Notes: a model not told the origin generated them from the letters alone. A DNA stretch of 64,000 nucleotides from an uncultured Verrucomicrobiae bacterium (GCA_963735805.1 CAVTMK010000002.1:704001-768000), one strand, 5' to 3'; positions 17,613 to 28,046 are shown, numbered from the stretch's first letter. Program-made: numbers and translations.

Positions 17613-19523
17613 ATGAAAAATCGTTCAGTTTGGTTTATTCGTATTTGGGGAGCGTGCATTCTCCCGTTCGCATTGGCTTTTACGTCCAGCATCTGCCTTG
17701 CCCAGGAAGTGTCGCCGACTCCTTCGCCAGGCGAAATGGAATCCGAGCCGATCGTCGTTACTGCGACGCGTTTCGACATTCCGCTCGACCAATCGCCGGC
17801 CAGCGTGAGCGTGATTAACTCGGAAGATTTCGAGCAAAAACAAATCGAGCGCATAAGCGACGCACTTCGTGAAGTGCCCGGCCTATCCGTCGTTCAAACC
17901 GGAACAGCCGGCCAGTTGACTTCGGTTTTCACTCGGGGATTACGCAGCGAACACACGCAGGTCTTGCTCGATGGCATCCCGATCAATCAAGGTCTGCAGG
18001 GAGCGTTTAATTTCGCCGATCTGACCATCGACGATATTGACAGGATAGAGGTCGTGCGCGGCCCACAGAGCACGTTGTACGGACCGCGTGCCCTCGCCGG
18101 TGTCATCCAAATTTTTACCAAACAAGGCACAGGAACCCCCGAGGCAATGGCCGCTGCGGAAGGCGGATCGTACGACACTTTTCGCGAATGGACTCAGAGC
18201 GACGGCAAGATTAGCGACTTCGATTACTCGGTCGGGGCAAGCCGCCTCGATACAGACAATGCGCGGCCAAATAACAACTATCGCAACACAGCTGCGATCA
18301 CCGATGTCGGCTGGTCGCCTGACACACAGTTGCGGATCGGCAGCTTGTTCACTTACTCGGTAAGCGACACCGGGAATCCAAACACAATTTTCGATCCACG
18401 CCCCATCGATCACTTTTTTACGGAGCGTTGGTTAATCGGCCCCCACATCGATTGGAAGCCGACCGAGTGGTGGCAACACAAATTGATTGTTTCTTACGAT
18501 CACGAACGGCAAATCAACGACCCAAACGAGGACGGCTTCGTGGGGCCGACACGCGCGCTCTTTGAAAGGACACAAGTTGATTATCAAAATGATTTGCGTC
18601 CAACCTCGTGGCTGATGCTGACTTCTGGATTTTTCTACAGCCGCGTTAACGCCGGGCAGGAGCGTCCGTTCGTTCTGCAAATTTTCGGACCCCAACCGAC
18701 TTTTGTTAGCGATCACACCGAAGAGATCGCAGGATTCTTGCAGGCAACGCTGACGCCCATCGAGAATCTGATTTTCGTCGCCGGCGGCCGGTTCGATCAT
18801 TTTAACCAATTCGGAGGTGTCTGGACTTATCGTGTCGCTGGCAGTTACAAGGTCGAACGGACAAACACAACGTTGCATTCAAGTGTGGCGACCGGATTCA
18901 GCCCGCCAAGCAGTCAGGACAAAATCTTCGGAAACAATTTTGGATTGAAACCGGAGCACGATTTGGGCTGGGACATCGGTGTCAGGCAGGAGCTTTGGCA
19001 GAACCGCGTTGCCGCCGGTTTGACCTATTTTCACAACAACCTTTCGAACGCGATTGGATCCAACGGCCTTTTTCAGACGCTCAACCTCGGCGCAGCCGAG
19101 ACCCAGGGCCTGGAAGCCGAACTACGCGCGCAACCGATTCCCAACCTTATTTTCACCGCCAGCTACACTTATCTGGAAGCGGAAAAAACCGACGACACGG
19201 ACATCTCGCAACCGCAGGGCTCGCGTTTGCCCCGGCGACCGCGCAACGAAGTTTACGTTTCAGCTTCATACCTTTGGTGGAAGAAACTGCGCACTGTGGT
19301 CGAAGCAAAGTTCGTAAACGCGCGGGAGGAACTGAACTTCGGTGCCCCAAACTTCGACATCGAAGATTATAGCTTCGTGAACATTGCAGCGGAATATGAA
19401 GTGAATCCGCACTTGTCGATCTTCGGCCGGATCGACAACCTCGCGAACGAACATTACTCGGAAGTGTTCGGTTTTCCCGCGCTCGGGCGCGCCGCGTATG
19501 GCGGTTTCAAGGTGCGGTTTTAG
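17613..19523 (+). CDS. btuB: TonB-dependent receptor, probable cobalamin transporter
   Basis: Signal peptide, IVVTATR TonB box, plug motifs (EVPGL, RIEVVRGPQSTLYG) and a C-terminal Phe; preceded by the B12 riboswitch. Confidence 0.88.
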   Translation: MKNRSVWFIRIWGACILPFALAFTSSICLAQEVSPTPSPGEMESEPIVVTATRFDIPLDQSPASVSVINSEDFEQKQIERISDALREVPGLSVVQTGTAGQLTSVFTRGLRSEHTQVLLDGIPINQGLQGAFNFADLTIDDIDRIEVVRGPQSTLYGPRALAGVIQIFTKQGTGTPEAMAAAEGGSYDTFREWTQSDGKISDFDYSVGASRLDTDNARPNNNYRNTAAITDVGWSPDTQLRIGSLFTYSVSDTGNPNTIFDPRPIDHFFTERWLIGPHIDWKPTEWWQHKLIVSYDHERQINDPNEDGFVGPTRALFERTQVDYQNDLRPTSWLMLTSGFFYSRVNAGQERPFVLQIFGPQPTFVSDHTEEIAGFLQATLTPIENLIFVAGGRFDHFNQFGGVWTYRVAGSYKVERTNTTLHSSVATGFSPPSSQDKIFGNNFGLKPEHDLGWDIGVRQELWQNRVAAGLTYFHNNLSNAIGSNGLFQTLNLGAAETQGLEAELRAQPIPNLIFTASYTYLEAEKTDDTDISQPQGSRLPRRPRNEVYVSASYLWWKKLRTVVEAKFVNAREELNFGAPNFDIEDYSFVNIAAEYEVNPHLSIFGRIDNLANEHYSEVFGFPALGRAAYGGFKVRF

Positions 19524-19530
19524 TCGCTCT

Positions 19531-19560
19531 TGTCATTCCGAGCGATGTCGAGGAATCTCT
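19531..19560. repeat. TGTCAT-family repeat, single arm
   Basis: TGTCATTCCGAGCGATGTCGAGGAATCTCT is 28/30 identical to 31690-31719. Confidence 0.8.
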
Positions 19561-19596
19561 TAATCGTAGTAACAAGGAAGGATTTGGCCGAAGAAA

Positions 19597-20811
19597 ATGA
19601 ACGTCCTTTATCTCGTCATTGGCGCGCTTGGAGCGGGCCTGCTTGTCGCAATTATCCTGCTGCTGGTACGACGCGGCCGATCCGAAGATGTGGCGCTTGT
19701 CGGAAAAATTGAGTTACTCGAACGCGCGCAGGAGCGAAGCGAGCGGATGCTTCGCGAAGAGATGGCACGTAGTCGCGAGGAAGGTGCGAATGCCGCAAAA
19801 GTGCAACGCGAAGAATTGACGAAGTCTCTCGAAGGCGTGCGTTCGATTGTCGACGTGCGCTTGACGCAATTGCAGGAGGATAACTCGAAGCAAATCGACA
19901 AGATGCGGGCTACGGTTGACGAAAAATTGCAGGGCACACTGGAGAAACGTCTCGGCGAATCTTTCAAACTGGTGAGCGATCGACTAGAGCAAGTGCATCA
20001 GGGCCTCGGCGCGATGCAACAACTGGCCAGTGACGTGGGCGGTTTGCAACGGGTCCTCACGAACGTGAAAACCCGCGGTGGTTGGAGCGAATGGCAGCTT
20101 GGGATTCTGTTGGAAGAAATGCTGACGCCGGAGCAGTTCGCTAAAAACATGAAGACGCGGGACGACACAGATGAGCGTGTTGAGTTTGCGATCAAGTTGC
20201 CTGGTGACGAGAACGGTGCGCCGGTCTGGTTGCCGATTGACGCGAAATTTCCGATGGAACATTACGAACGATTGACGGTAGCGCAGGAAAGTGGCGATCC
20301 CACGGCAATGGAAACGGCTATGAAAACCCTGGAGACGCAATTGAAACGTTGCGCGAAAGACATTTGTGAGAAGTACATTAATCCGCCAAAGACGACCGAT
20401 TTTGCTCTCTTGTTTTTGCCAAGCGAAGGACTTTACGCAGAAGCAATTCGCCGTGTGGGTCTGGTTCAAAATGTGCAGCGCGATTGCCGGGTCACTTTCG
20501 TCGGGCCGACTACGCTGGCTGCCTTGCTCAACAGTCTGCAAATGGGTTTTCGCACGCTCGCGATCCAAAGACGCTCAAGTGAGGTCTGGAGTCTGCTGGC
20601 GACGGTGAAGACCGAGTTCGGAAAATTCGGCGAGGCCTTGTCAGCTGTGAAAGACAAGATCGATCAAGCCTCGCGGAAGATGGAAGACGTCGATGTTCGC
20701 TCGCGTGTTATCACAAAGAAATTGCGCGCCGTGGAAGAGTTGCCATCTAATCCGCAGCCAATGCTGAGAGACCTGTTGCCAAATGAGGATGACGCCGGCG
20801 TTGCCGATTAA
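19597..20811 (+). CDS. rmuC: DNA recombination protein RmuC
   Basis: N-terminal TM helix, coiled coil, NVKTRG.W.E.QL, LPIDAKFP, TTDFA.LFLPSEGLYAE and GPTTLAALLNSLQMGF. Confidence 0.93.
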   Translation: MNVLYLVIGALGAGLLVAIILLLVRRGRSEDVALVGKIELLERAQERSERMLREEMARSREEGANAAKVQREELTKSLEGVRSIVDVRLTQLQEDNSKQIDKMRATVDEKLQGTLEKRLGESFKLVSDRLEQVHQGLGAMQQLASDVGGLQRVLTNVKTRGGWSEWQLGILLEEMLTPEQFAKNMKTRDDTDERVEFAIKLPGDENGAPVWLPIDAKFPMEHYERLTVAQESGDPTAMETAMKTLETQLKRCAKDICEKYINPPKTTDFALLFLPSEGLYAEAIRRVGLVQNVQRDCRVTFVGPTTLAALLNSLQMGFRTLAIQRRSSEVWSLLATVKTEFGKFGEALSAVKDKIDQASRKMEDVDVRSRVITKKLRAVEELPSNPQPMLRDLLPNEDDAGVAD

Positions 20812-20831
20812 CGCTATCGCATCAACCAATT

Positions 20832-21524
20832 GTGAAGACAGCATTGATCACGGGCGCGAATAAAGGGATTGGCTATGAGGTAGCGCGTCAGCTCGCAGGA
20901 AAGGGATTTCACGTCTTTGTCGGTGCGCGGGACCGGGGCGCCGGCCGCAAAGCGGCGACTGAGATCGCGAAGCAAGGCGGGAAAGCGATCTTTCTGGAGA
21001 TCGATGTCGCAGATAGTGCCAGCGTCACGGCCGCCGCGCGCGAGTTTGCCAAAACCGCGGATCGTTTGGACGTGCTCGTGAATAACGCAGGGATCATTGT
21101 TGATGGAGACGACGCAATTCTGGAAATCAGCGACGAATTGTTACGAAAGACTCTTGAAACAAACACGCTCGGTGCGTTGCGCGTAACACGCGACTTCGTG
21201 CCCTTGCTCAAGAAAAGCAAAGCGCCGCGCGTGATCAATGTCTCCAGTGGCGGCGGTCAGTTGACCGGTGGCGCTGACGGGTGGTCGCCCGCTTATTGTA
21301 TTTCGAAAACTGCGCTCAACGGCGTCACCTCGCAACTTGCCACCGCGTTGCCGAAGTTCGCCGTGAATTCAGTCTGCCCCGGGTGGGTCCGAACGGATAT
21401 GGGCGGACAAGATGCGAGCCGCTCAGTGGAAGAAGGCGCGGATACAATTGTTTGGCTTGCCACCGAAGCCCCGCAGAAGCTTAACGGGAAATTTTTGCGT
21501 GATCGCAAGGAAATACCCTGGTGA
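20832..21524 (+). CDS. Short-chain dehydrogenase/reductase (carbonyl reductase-like)
   Basis: Motifs TGANKGIG, LVNNAGI, NVSSG, YCISK and PGWVRTDMGG. Confidence 0.93.
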   Translation: MKTALITGANKGIGYEVARQLAGKGFHVFVGARDRGAGRKAATEIAKQGGKAIFLEIDVADSASVTAAAREFAKTADRLDVLVNNAGIIVDGDDAILEISDELLRKTLETNTLGALRVTRDFVPLLKKSKAPRVINVSSGGGQLTGGADGWSPAYCISKTALNGVTSQLATALPKFAVNSVCPGWVRTDMGGQDASRSVEEGADTIVWLATEAPQKLNGKFLRDRKEIPW

Positions 21525-21533
21525 TTTCATCCC

Positions 21534-21613
21534 GTAGCCGCTTCGCTGTGCCAAGCGTGGGGGTTGATCGGCAAAAGGGCTACGACGGCGTCGCCCACAG
21601 GGATCTGGCTACA
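21534..21613. repeat. GTAG-type REP doublet between convergent genes
   Basis: GTAGCC...GGCTAC ends; imperfect hairpin CGCTTCGC/CCAAGCG. Confidence 0.7.
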
Positions 21614-21661
21614 GCCTGGCAGCAGGAGTAGAAGGACGAGTAAGAGGAGAAAATGAAAAAG

Positions 21662-23440
21662 CTAGAGCACCTGATCCCATTTGCTCTGGTCTTTAAGCAT
21701 GATCTCGCGGAGCAGGCGAATGGGCGGCATACCGTGATTGAGCAACTCGTTGTGGAATTTTTGCAGTGAAAAGTCGTCGCCCAGCTCTGCTTTGTAATCA
21801 TCGCGCAATTTCAGAATCTCCAGCTTGCCCAGGGTATAATTGAGATAACCCGGATCGAACGTGCCGCGAAGCGCCTCCTGTCGCGCCGGTTTTTCTTCGT
21901 AATAACAGTTTTCCTGAAAGAACTTGGTTGCTTCGTCGATGGACATCTTCTCGGTGTGCATTTTAATGGACACGCATAACCGGCACAATCGGAGGAGCGC
22001 TTCGTCGGCCTGCGCCATACGATATTTGGCCGCGCGTTTTAGATCTTCTTCACTGGGCGTTGAGCTGGTTGCGCTGCCGTAGCCCTCGTCGAGCATCATT
22101 TTTTCGCAGTAATGTGCCCATCCTTCGACAAACGCGTAGCTGGCGAAGATTTTTTCAACCCTGCTCGCTGGCGATGCGTTTAGGTGCAGGAATTGCACGT
22201 AATGACCCGGGTAAGCTTCGTGAATCGAGACGAGATCTGAAGTGTAATAATTGAAAGCGGTAAGCCATTCCTGCTTTTGTTTCTCGGGCCAGTCGTTCTC
22301 CGTCGGCGTGACGTAATAGTAGGCTTCATTGGCGCGTTTCTCGAATGGACCAGGTGTATCCATCGATGCAAACGAGGTGGCGCGCAGATATTGTGGTGTC
22401 TCCTTCACTTTGGCGCGAACATCCGAGGGGATACCGACCAACTTGCGGTTCACAACATACTTTCGAATCTTGTCCAGGTCTTTTGCTATGTCGGGGATGA
22501 GATTTTGCGGCGTGGGATGTTCGTTTTGGATTTGCCTGAAAACTTCAATAGGTGACTTGTTTGGGTCGATTTTTTTTGCCGCCTCCGCAAACGCTTCTTG
22601 TTCAGCTTTCAGTTGTGCCATGCCTATTTCGAGGATTTTTTGCGGAGGAAGATCGACCAATTCAGTCTCCGCCAGGAAACGTCTGAATTTTTCTTCTCCC
22701 AAGGCGAAGTCGAGCGAGGCTTTTGGAAGTTTCTCTCGCTCCAGCCACGTTGCATAATCGTTTAGTGCATTCGCGGCTTTACGATTCGCTTCGTGAAATG
22801 CCACGCGAAGCTGTTCGTCCTTCAGCGTGCCGACAGCGGCAACGAGATCTTTTTTCAGGAAATCAGCCGAACCTCTCGCGATCTGAATGGCGAGTTCCAC
22901 ATAGGGTTTGGGAACAACTTCACCAAGGTTTGTCCTTGCCGCGATAAGAATATTTGGGATTTGAGATTCGATCGCTACCAGGCTGCGGACCCGATCTTCC
23001 AGCGGCGCGAAATTCCTCTTGATATAAACGTTCACATCGGCAGCCCGTGCATAGACCATGGGGTTTCGCTCGAAGACCGACATATCCTGCATTTTAAAGA
23101 GGTCCTTTTTCACCGCAGCCTGCAGAATCCGAAGATCGATAGATTGTCGAGAACTCAGTTTGCCGGTATCGAACTTGCTCAGCCGATCGTCGAACCGCCG
23201 TAGCCGGGAAAGCTCAGCATCGAGCGCCAACCGGCTGTAGTCGGCGATTTTGCCATCGTATTCGTGAAGCCCGAGAGCGGTGCCTTCTAAAGGATGAGCG
23301 CCTAGATATCCTTTGATGTATTCTTCAGCCACCGCGTCATACTCGCCATCCTCTGTTTCGGCGGCGAAGCCTCGAAAGGGACAGAGCGAGACAAAGAAAA
23401 AGATGAGCGAGAAAACTTTAAGGCTAAGAAGTTGTTTCAT
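21662..23440 (-). CDS. Secreted DUF885-family protein (putative metallopeptidase-like)
   Basis: Signal peptide plus HEAYPGHY.Q, FVEGWAHYCE, Y..YTLGKL.I..LR and FHNELL..G.PP. Confidence 0.9.
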   Translation of the reverse strand: MKQLLSLKVFSLIFFFVSLCPFRGFAAETEDGEYDAVAEEYIKGYLGAHPLEGTALGLHEYDGKIADYSRLALDAELSRLRRFDDRLSKFDTGKLSSRQSIDLRILQAAVKKDLFKMQDMSVFERNPMVYARAADVNVYIKRNFAPLEDRVRSLVAIESQIPNILIAARTNLGEVVPKPYVELAIQIARGSADFLKKDLVAAVGTLKDEQLRVAFHEANRKAANALNDYATWLEREKLPKASLDFALGEEKFRRFLAETELVDLPPQKILEIGMAQLKAEQEAFAEAAKKIDPNKSPIEVFRQIQNEHPTPQNLIPDIAKDLDKIRKYVVNRKLVGIPSDVRAKVKETPQYLRATSFASMDTPGPFEKRANEAYYYVTPTENDWPEKQKQEWLTAFNYYTSDLVSIHEAYPGHYVQFLHLNASPASRVEKIFASYAFVEGWAHYCEKMMLDEGYGSATSSTPSEEDLKRAAKYRMAQADEALLRLCRLCVSIKMHTEKMSIDEATKFFQENCYYEEKPARQEALRGTFDPGYLNYTLGKLEILKLRDDYKAELGDDFSLQKFHNELLNHGMPPIRLLREIMLKDQSKWDQVL

Positions 23441-23536
23441 GGGTGGCCAAACCTAAGACAACGATTTGCGTTGGGTGTTGCCAAAAATTTTCCTCTGAGC
23501 GATGGTGCGGCTGTTTTTCAAAGCTGGGGTCAAAGT

Positions 23537-24838
23537 ATGAGGCGCTTCATGATTTTGCCGTCGTTGGCTTGTCTCTTAATCGGCGCTATTTCTGCTGTCC
23601 GCGGACAGGAGGCGCAGCCGTCGGGAAAGAGTGAAGAGGATAACGGCTACGTGCAAATCTCCATTTTCGCAAAAGCGCTCGAATTGATTCGGCAGGATTA
23701 CGTGGATGAGAACAAGACGAGCTACCACGATCTCATCAATGCGGCAATGAAGGGCATGCTTTCCTCGCTGGATCCACACAGCCAGTTCATGGACCCTGAA
23801 GATTTCCGCGATATGCAGGACGACACGCGGAGTCGTTTCAATGGTCTCGGGATTGAGGTTTCGATGAAAAACGGCCTGCCTACCGTGATTACTGCAATGG
23901 AGGACACACCTGCGGCCAAGGCGGGAATTCTTTCTGGCGACCAGATCTTGCGAATTAACGGCATTTCGACCGAAAGAATGGATCTCCAGGACGCCATTAA
24001 TGTTTTGCGCGGGCCTGCCGGAGCAAAAATCACCCTTACACTGCTGCGGCCTTCGACTAAAGAAATCAAGGAGTACACCCTGCAACGCGCAGAGATCAAA
24101 ATTCAAAGCGTCAAAGGGACAAGATTGATCGATCCGGAGCTGACCGGGCCTTTCAAGATCGGCTACGTCCGGTTGGTGCAGTTCAATGAACCGACCGCCG
24201 ACGAACTATCGAAAGCGCTCGATGAATTACAGAAGCAGGGAATGCAGGCGCTCGTTCTCGATCTGCGCAACAACCCCGGTGGGCTGTTGAACAGCGCGGT
24301 CGATGTCTGTGCGCAGTTCCTGCCGCCTAATACGAAAGTCGTCTCAACGCAGGGGCGGGTCGCTTCTCAACAGCATGATTACTCGACTTCCGGCGTGAAA
24401 AAGGAGCGCCCGAATTTTCCGATGGTCGTGTTGATTAACGAAGGCAGCGCGAGCGGCGCAGAGATCGTCGCCGGGGCGCTCAAGGATTTGCGTCGAGCCG
24501 TGCTTGTTGGCGAAACGACCTTTGGCAAGGGTTCTGTGCAGAACGTCATGCAATTGCCGGACGGCTCCGCGGTGCGCTTTACGACGGCGAAATACTATAC
24601 GCCGAGCAAGCAAGTTATTCAGGGTAATGGCGTGACGCCGAATATACCCGTTGCCATGACCGTCGAGCAGGAGCGTTCCCTGTTTGCGCTGCGTAATGCG
24701 GGAGACGTAAAACCTGAGGACCAGAAAACCATTATCAAGTCGAAGGACCCGCAGATGTTGCGAGCCATCGATGCACTTAAGGGCGTGATGATTTACGCAC
24801 AAGAGAACGCGCCAAAGGCGCAAGCGGTAAAGAAATAG
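23537..24838 (+). CDS. ctpA: S41 carboxy-terminal processing protease
   Basis: Motifs GMLSSLDPHS, PDZ GLGI, LDLRNNPGGLL, SASGAEIVAGALKD, TFGKGSVQ and TTAKYYTPS. Confidence 0.93.
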   Translation: MRRFMILPSLACLLIGAISAVRGQEAQPSGKSEEDNGYVQISIFAKALELIRQDYVDENKTSYHDLINAAMKGMLSSLDPHSQFMDPEDFRDMQDDTRSRFNGLGIEVSMKNGLPTVITAMEDTPAAKAGILSGDQILRINGISTERMDLQDAINVLRGPAGAKITLTLLRPSTKEIKEYTLQRAEIKIQSVKGTRLIDPELTGPFKIGYVRLVQFNEPTADELSKALDELQKQGMQALVLDLRNNPGGLLNSAVDVCAQFLPPNTKVVSTQGRVASQQHDYSTSGVKKERPNFPMVVLINEGSASGAEIVAGALKDLRRAVLVGETTFGKGSVQNVMQLPDGSAVRFTTAKYYTPSKQVIQGNGVTPNIPVAMTVEQERSLFALRNAGDVKPEDQKTIIKSKDPQMLRAIDALKGVMIYAQENAPKAQAVKK

Positions 24839-24853
24839 AACGCTCTTGTTGGA

Positions 24854-24908
24854 TTGTAGGGCAACCGCGCGGGTTGCCCGGTTTGTCGGGCGGAGCGCTT
24901 GCCCCAAA
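24854..24908. repeat. GTAG-type REP doublet upstream of tsaD
   Basis: TTGTAG followed by a perfect GGGCAACC/GGTTGCCC hairpin; the second arm is degenerate (GCGCTTGCCCC). Confidence 0.7.
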
Positions 24909-24917
24909 AATTTAGAT

Positions 24918-26001
24918 GTGAAAACCATTCTCGCCCTGGAAAGCTCGTGTGACGAAACCGGCGTAGCGATCTTGCGCCGGCGCAGCGGCAATTCAACGTT
25001 GGACTTGCTTGCCAGCGAAGTGGCATCGCAAATCGCCGCGCATGAAAAATATGGTGGGGTCGTTCCGGAGATCGCGTCGCGCAATCACCTGATCTACTCC
25101 CCGCGGTTGCTTGAGTGTGCTACGAGTTCAGCGAACATTGGATTGTCGGAGGTGGATGCTTTTGCCGCAACCAGCGGACCAGGTCTGGCGAGCTCGCTAA
25201 TGATCGGTGCCTCGATTGCCAAAGGATTGGCAATCGCTTTTCGCAAACCATACCTTGCCATCAATCATCTCGAAGGACATTTGCTCTCACCGTTTTTTGG
25301 AGATGCAGATGATGAGAACAGCAAAATCCCCGCGAACGTTTCGCTCATCGTCAGCGGCGGGCACACAATGCTGATTCGCGTGCATGGACTGGGTGATTAC
25401 CAGTTAATTGGCCGAAGCGTGGACGACGCAGCGGGCGAGGCGTTCGATAAGGTCGCCAAGTTGCTGGGGCTCGGTTATCCCGGCGGCCCCGAGATTGAAA
25501 AACACGCACGCGGCGGTGATCGAAATCGTTTCGAATTGCCGCGGAGCATGCCTGCGTCAGAAAACTTTAGCTTCAGCGGATTGAAAACAGCTGTCCGCTA
25601 TTTGTTGCCAAAGATTGTAGAGCGTTTCTGTGAAACGCCGGACGAAGAGCGGCGTCTGATACAGAAGCCCCACAAATTGGACGGACACGTTCTCGCCGAT
25701 GTCTGCGCTTCATTCCAGGAGGCGGTTATCGATGTACCTGGTACGCAAGACGATTGCAGCGGCGCGGAAATATCGCGTCGGTCTGGTGACGATTAGTGGA
25801 GGTGTCAGTTGCAACCAGGAACTGCGAAAACAATTGGGCGAGGCATGTGTGCGCCAAGGATTTGAATTCAAAAATGCGGAGCCGTGGTTGTGCACAGACA
25901 ACGCAGCGATGATCGCGTTTGCCGCATTATTACGATCAGAGACGGGATTTGAATCCAAAGTGACCGAGGAAATCGATCCCAACCTTGCGTTGGCAGGGTA
26001 G
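24918..26001 (+). CDS. tsaD: tRNA t6A threonylcarbamoyltransferase TsaD, frameshifted at 25737-25738
   Basis: ILALESSCDETG, GGVVPEIASRNH, NHLEGH, VSGGHT, DDAAGEAFDK and FSFSGLKT are in one frame. GGVSCN..LR and CTDNAAMIA are in the next frame, after an extra C in GATGTACCTGGTA. Confidence 0.93.
25615..25675. repeat. GTAG-type REP doublet inserted in frame within tsaD
   Basis: TTGTAGAGCGTTTCTGTGAAACGCC...CGGCGTCTGATACAGAAGCCCCACAA matches the reverse complement of intergenic 50786-50848. Confidence 0.8.
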
Positions 26002-26051
26002 GTCGCGACCGTAATACCTCCGCAGACGGCTCGACGAACCGGCTCTAACAA

Positions 26052-26936
26052 TCAGTACTCGCGTTCGAGAAGGTAATTTGCCAGCGCATGAAGCGCGTCA
26101 GCATCGCCTCCGCGAAATATGGAGAGAGCATCGTGTGCCTGGCGCGTGAGCCTCCTGGCCTCGGCGCGTGATTTCTCCAGACCAATCACTGCAGGATAAG
26201 TCGCCTTCTTTGCCGCGACGTCTTTGCCGGCGCTTTTGCCCAGTATCTCTGAGGTTTGCGTTACATCCAGAATATCGTCGATGACTTGGAAAGCGAGACC
26301 AAGCCGTTCCCCGAACTGTGTGATACCAGCGAGTCTTTTCGCTTCCGCGTTGGCGCTCATCGCACCGAGTCGAACCGCGGTTTTCAATATGGCAGCAGTT
26401 TTATTCTCGTGGATAAATCGTAGTTGGTCGCGCTTGACACTCTTGCCCTCCGCTTCGAGGTCCGCCACCTGGCCGGCGATGAGCCTTTGGCTACCGGCCG
26501 CGAACGCAACCTCTCGCAACAAAATTGAAATGTCGTAGCGAGGTGTGGGCTTTGCAGCGGACACGATTTCAAACGCGATCGTCAAGAGCGCGTCTCCGGC
26601 GAGTACAGCGATCCCTTCGCCGAAGACTTTATGGCATGTAGGGCGGCCCCGGCGGAAATCGTCATTATCCATGCTGGGAAGATCGTCATGCACCAGTGAA
26701 TAGGTGTGGATACACTCGATGGCACAGGCCAGAGGAAGGGCGTTATCAATCCTTCCGCGGCAAGCTTCAGCTGCTGCAAGACAAAGAATCGGCCGCAATC
26801 GCTTGCCTCCTGCAAAAAGACTGTAACGCATCGCCCTGTGAAGTGTGGCGGGTTTCGTAATCGCTTTCGGCAGATAACGATCCAGTGCGCGATCGATCTC
26901 TTTTTGGCGGGTCCGAAGATATTTTTTGAGATTCAC
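26052..26936 (-). CDS. ispA: Polyprenyl (farnesyl/geranylgeranyl) diphosphate synthase
   Basis: Motifs GGKRLRP, SLVHDDLPSMDNDDFRRGRPTCH, GQVAD, KTA, LAFQVIDDILD and GKD..KATY. Confidence 0.95.
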   Translation of the reverse strand: MNLKKYLRTRQKEIDRALDRYLPKAITKPATLHRAMRYSLFAGGKRLRPILCLAAAEACRGRIDNALPLACAIECIHTYSLVHDDLPSMDNDDFRRGRPTCHKVFGEGIAVLAGDALLTIAFEIVSAAKPTPRYDISILLREVAFAAGSQRLIAGQVADLEAEGKSVKRDQLRFIHENKTAAILKTAVRLGAMSANAEAKRLAGITQFGERLGLAFQVIDDILDVTQTSEILGKSAGKDVAAKKATYPAVIGLEKSRAEARRLTRQAHDALSIFRGGDADALHALANYLLEREY

Positions 26937-27007
26937 GGGACGAAAGGAGGTGCTGGTGCTCGATTCTCAATACTGGATAATGCAATCTCGCGTTGAGTGT
27001 CCAGCGC

Positions 27008-27979
27008 TCAGATATTCTCCGCTGTCGCAGTGGTCTCGATCGGTTTCACGCGCATGGCAAGGAAGGCGCCCAGGAGCAAAACGGCGGCACTCCAAAGCTG
27101 AGCGTGGGTTAGTCGCTCACCGTAAATCCAGGCGGAAAGCCCCAGCGCCAGGGCCGGGCAGATAAGCTGAAGTGTTTGCGCTAATGCGACGCCGATTTCG
27201 CGGATGGCGACATAGTACAACACATGGGCCAGCGTTATGCAGGTTACCGCCGAAATGACCAGAATTAAGTTCACCTGCGTGCCGGCATGAAGTGGTGCAG
27301 TGATTTTTCCAAACGCGAATGTAAGCGGCAGCAGGAGGATTGATGTGATTAGGCTGACCAGACCGAAACTACGAATCGGGCCAAGTTGCGCGGACGGACG
27401 CTTAATCAGAACGCCATAAAGCGCCCAACAAAATGTGGCCGTAAAGGCGATGAATAAACCAGGGAGCCTCATGTGTTCCGTTTCTCGACCCGGTTGAAAC
27501 CAGATCACGCCAAAAGCGCCAACCAAGCCGAGCAGCGTGCCCGCTTGAAACTGCCATTGCCGAATCACCCGGCGTTCCTCGGGGAAAAACGCGAGTGCGA
27601 GTAAAGCTGTGAAGATTACGGACGCTCGGGTGAAGATCGTGTAAACGCCCGGCCCCATATAGAACAGGGCAACGACTTGTGTGACTTGATGGACTACGTT
27701 AGGGAGACATGGGATAAAACACATCGTCACGGCCCGCCACTCGAGAGGAGAAGGAGCGCGATAGGCGCGGTAAACGAACAGAGGTGCAATAGCGAGACAG
27801 GCGACCAGATAACGGTAGAAATTTTGTGCCCACGGATCGTAATAGCGATTCAAATAATACATGAACAGTGATGGCGTGGACCAAATGAAGACCGTGGCAA
27901 AGACAGCAGCGTAACCTTCCGACAGGCTTATGCGTCGGCGCCGATCGACAAATCTTGCAATCGAATTTGTTTGGTTCAT
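27008..27979 (-). CDS. EamA/DMT-family transporter
   Basis: About ten TM helices arranged as two repeats; the C-terminal GERLT..Q..AVLLLG pattern is typical of EamA. Confidence 0.85.
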   Translation of the reverse strand: MNQTNSIARFVDRRRRISLSEGYAAVFATVFIWSTPSLFMYYLNRYYDPWAQNFYRYLVACLAIAPLFVYRAYRAPSPLEWRAVTMCFIPCLPNVVHQVTQVVALFYMGPGVYTIFTRASVIFTALLALAFFPEERRVIRQWQFQAGTLLGLVGAFGVIWFQPGRETEHMRLPGLFIAFTATFCWALYGVLIKRPSAQLGPIRSFGLVSLITSILLLPLTFAFGKITAPLHAGTQVNLILVISAVTCITLAHVLYYVAIREIGVALAQTLQLICPALALGLSAWIYGERLTHAQLWSAAVLLLGAFLAMRVKPIETTATAENI

Positions 27980-28046
27980 TTAGGCGTCCGGCACGTTAAT
28001 TTGCTCGCCTACAAGCATAAATCGCTCAACAGTTAGGCTGAAAGGA

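Noticed and set aside
25720..25760. Programmed frameshift in tsaD
   Set aside because: There is no slippery heptamer or homopolymer run at the shift site.
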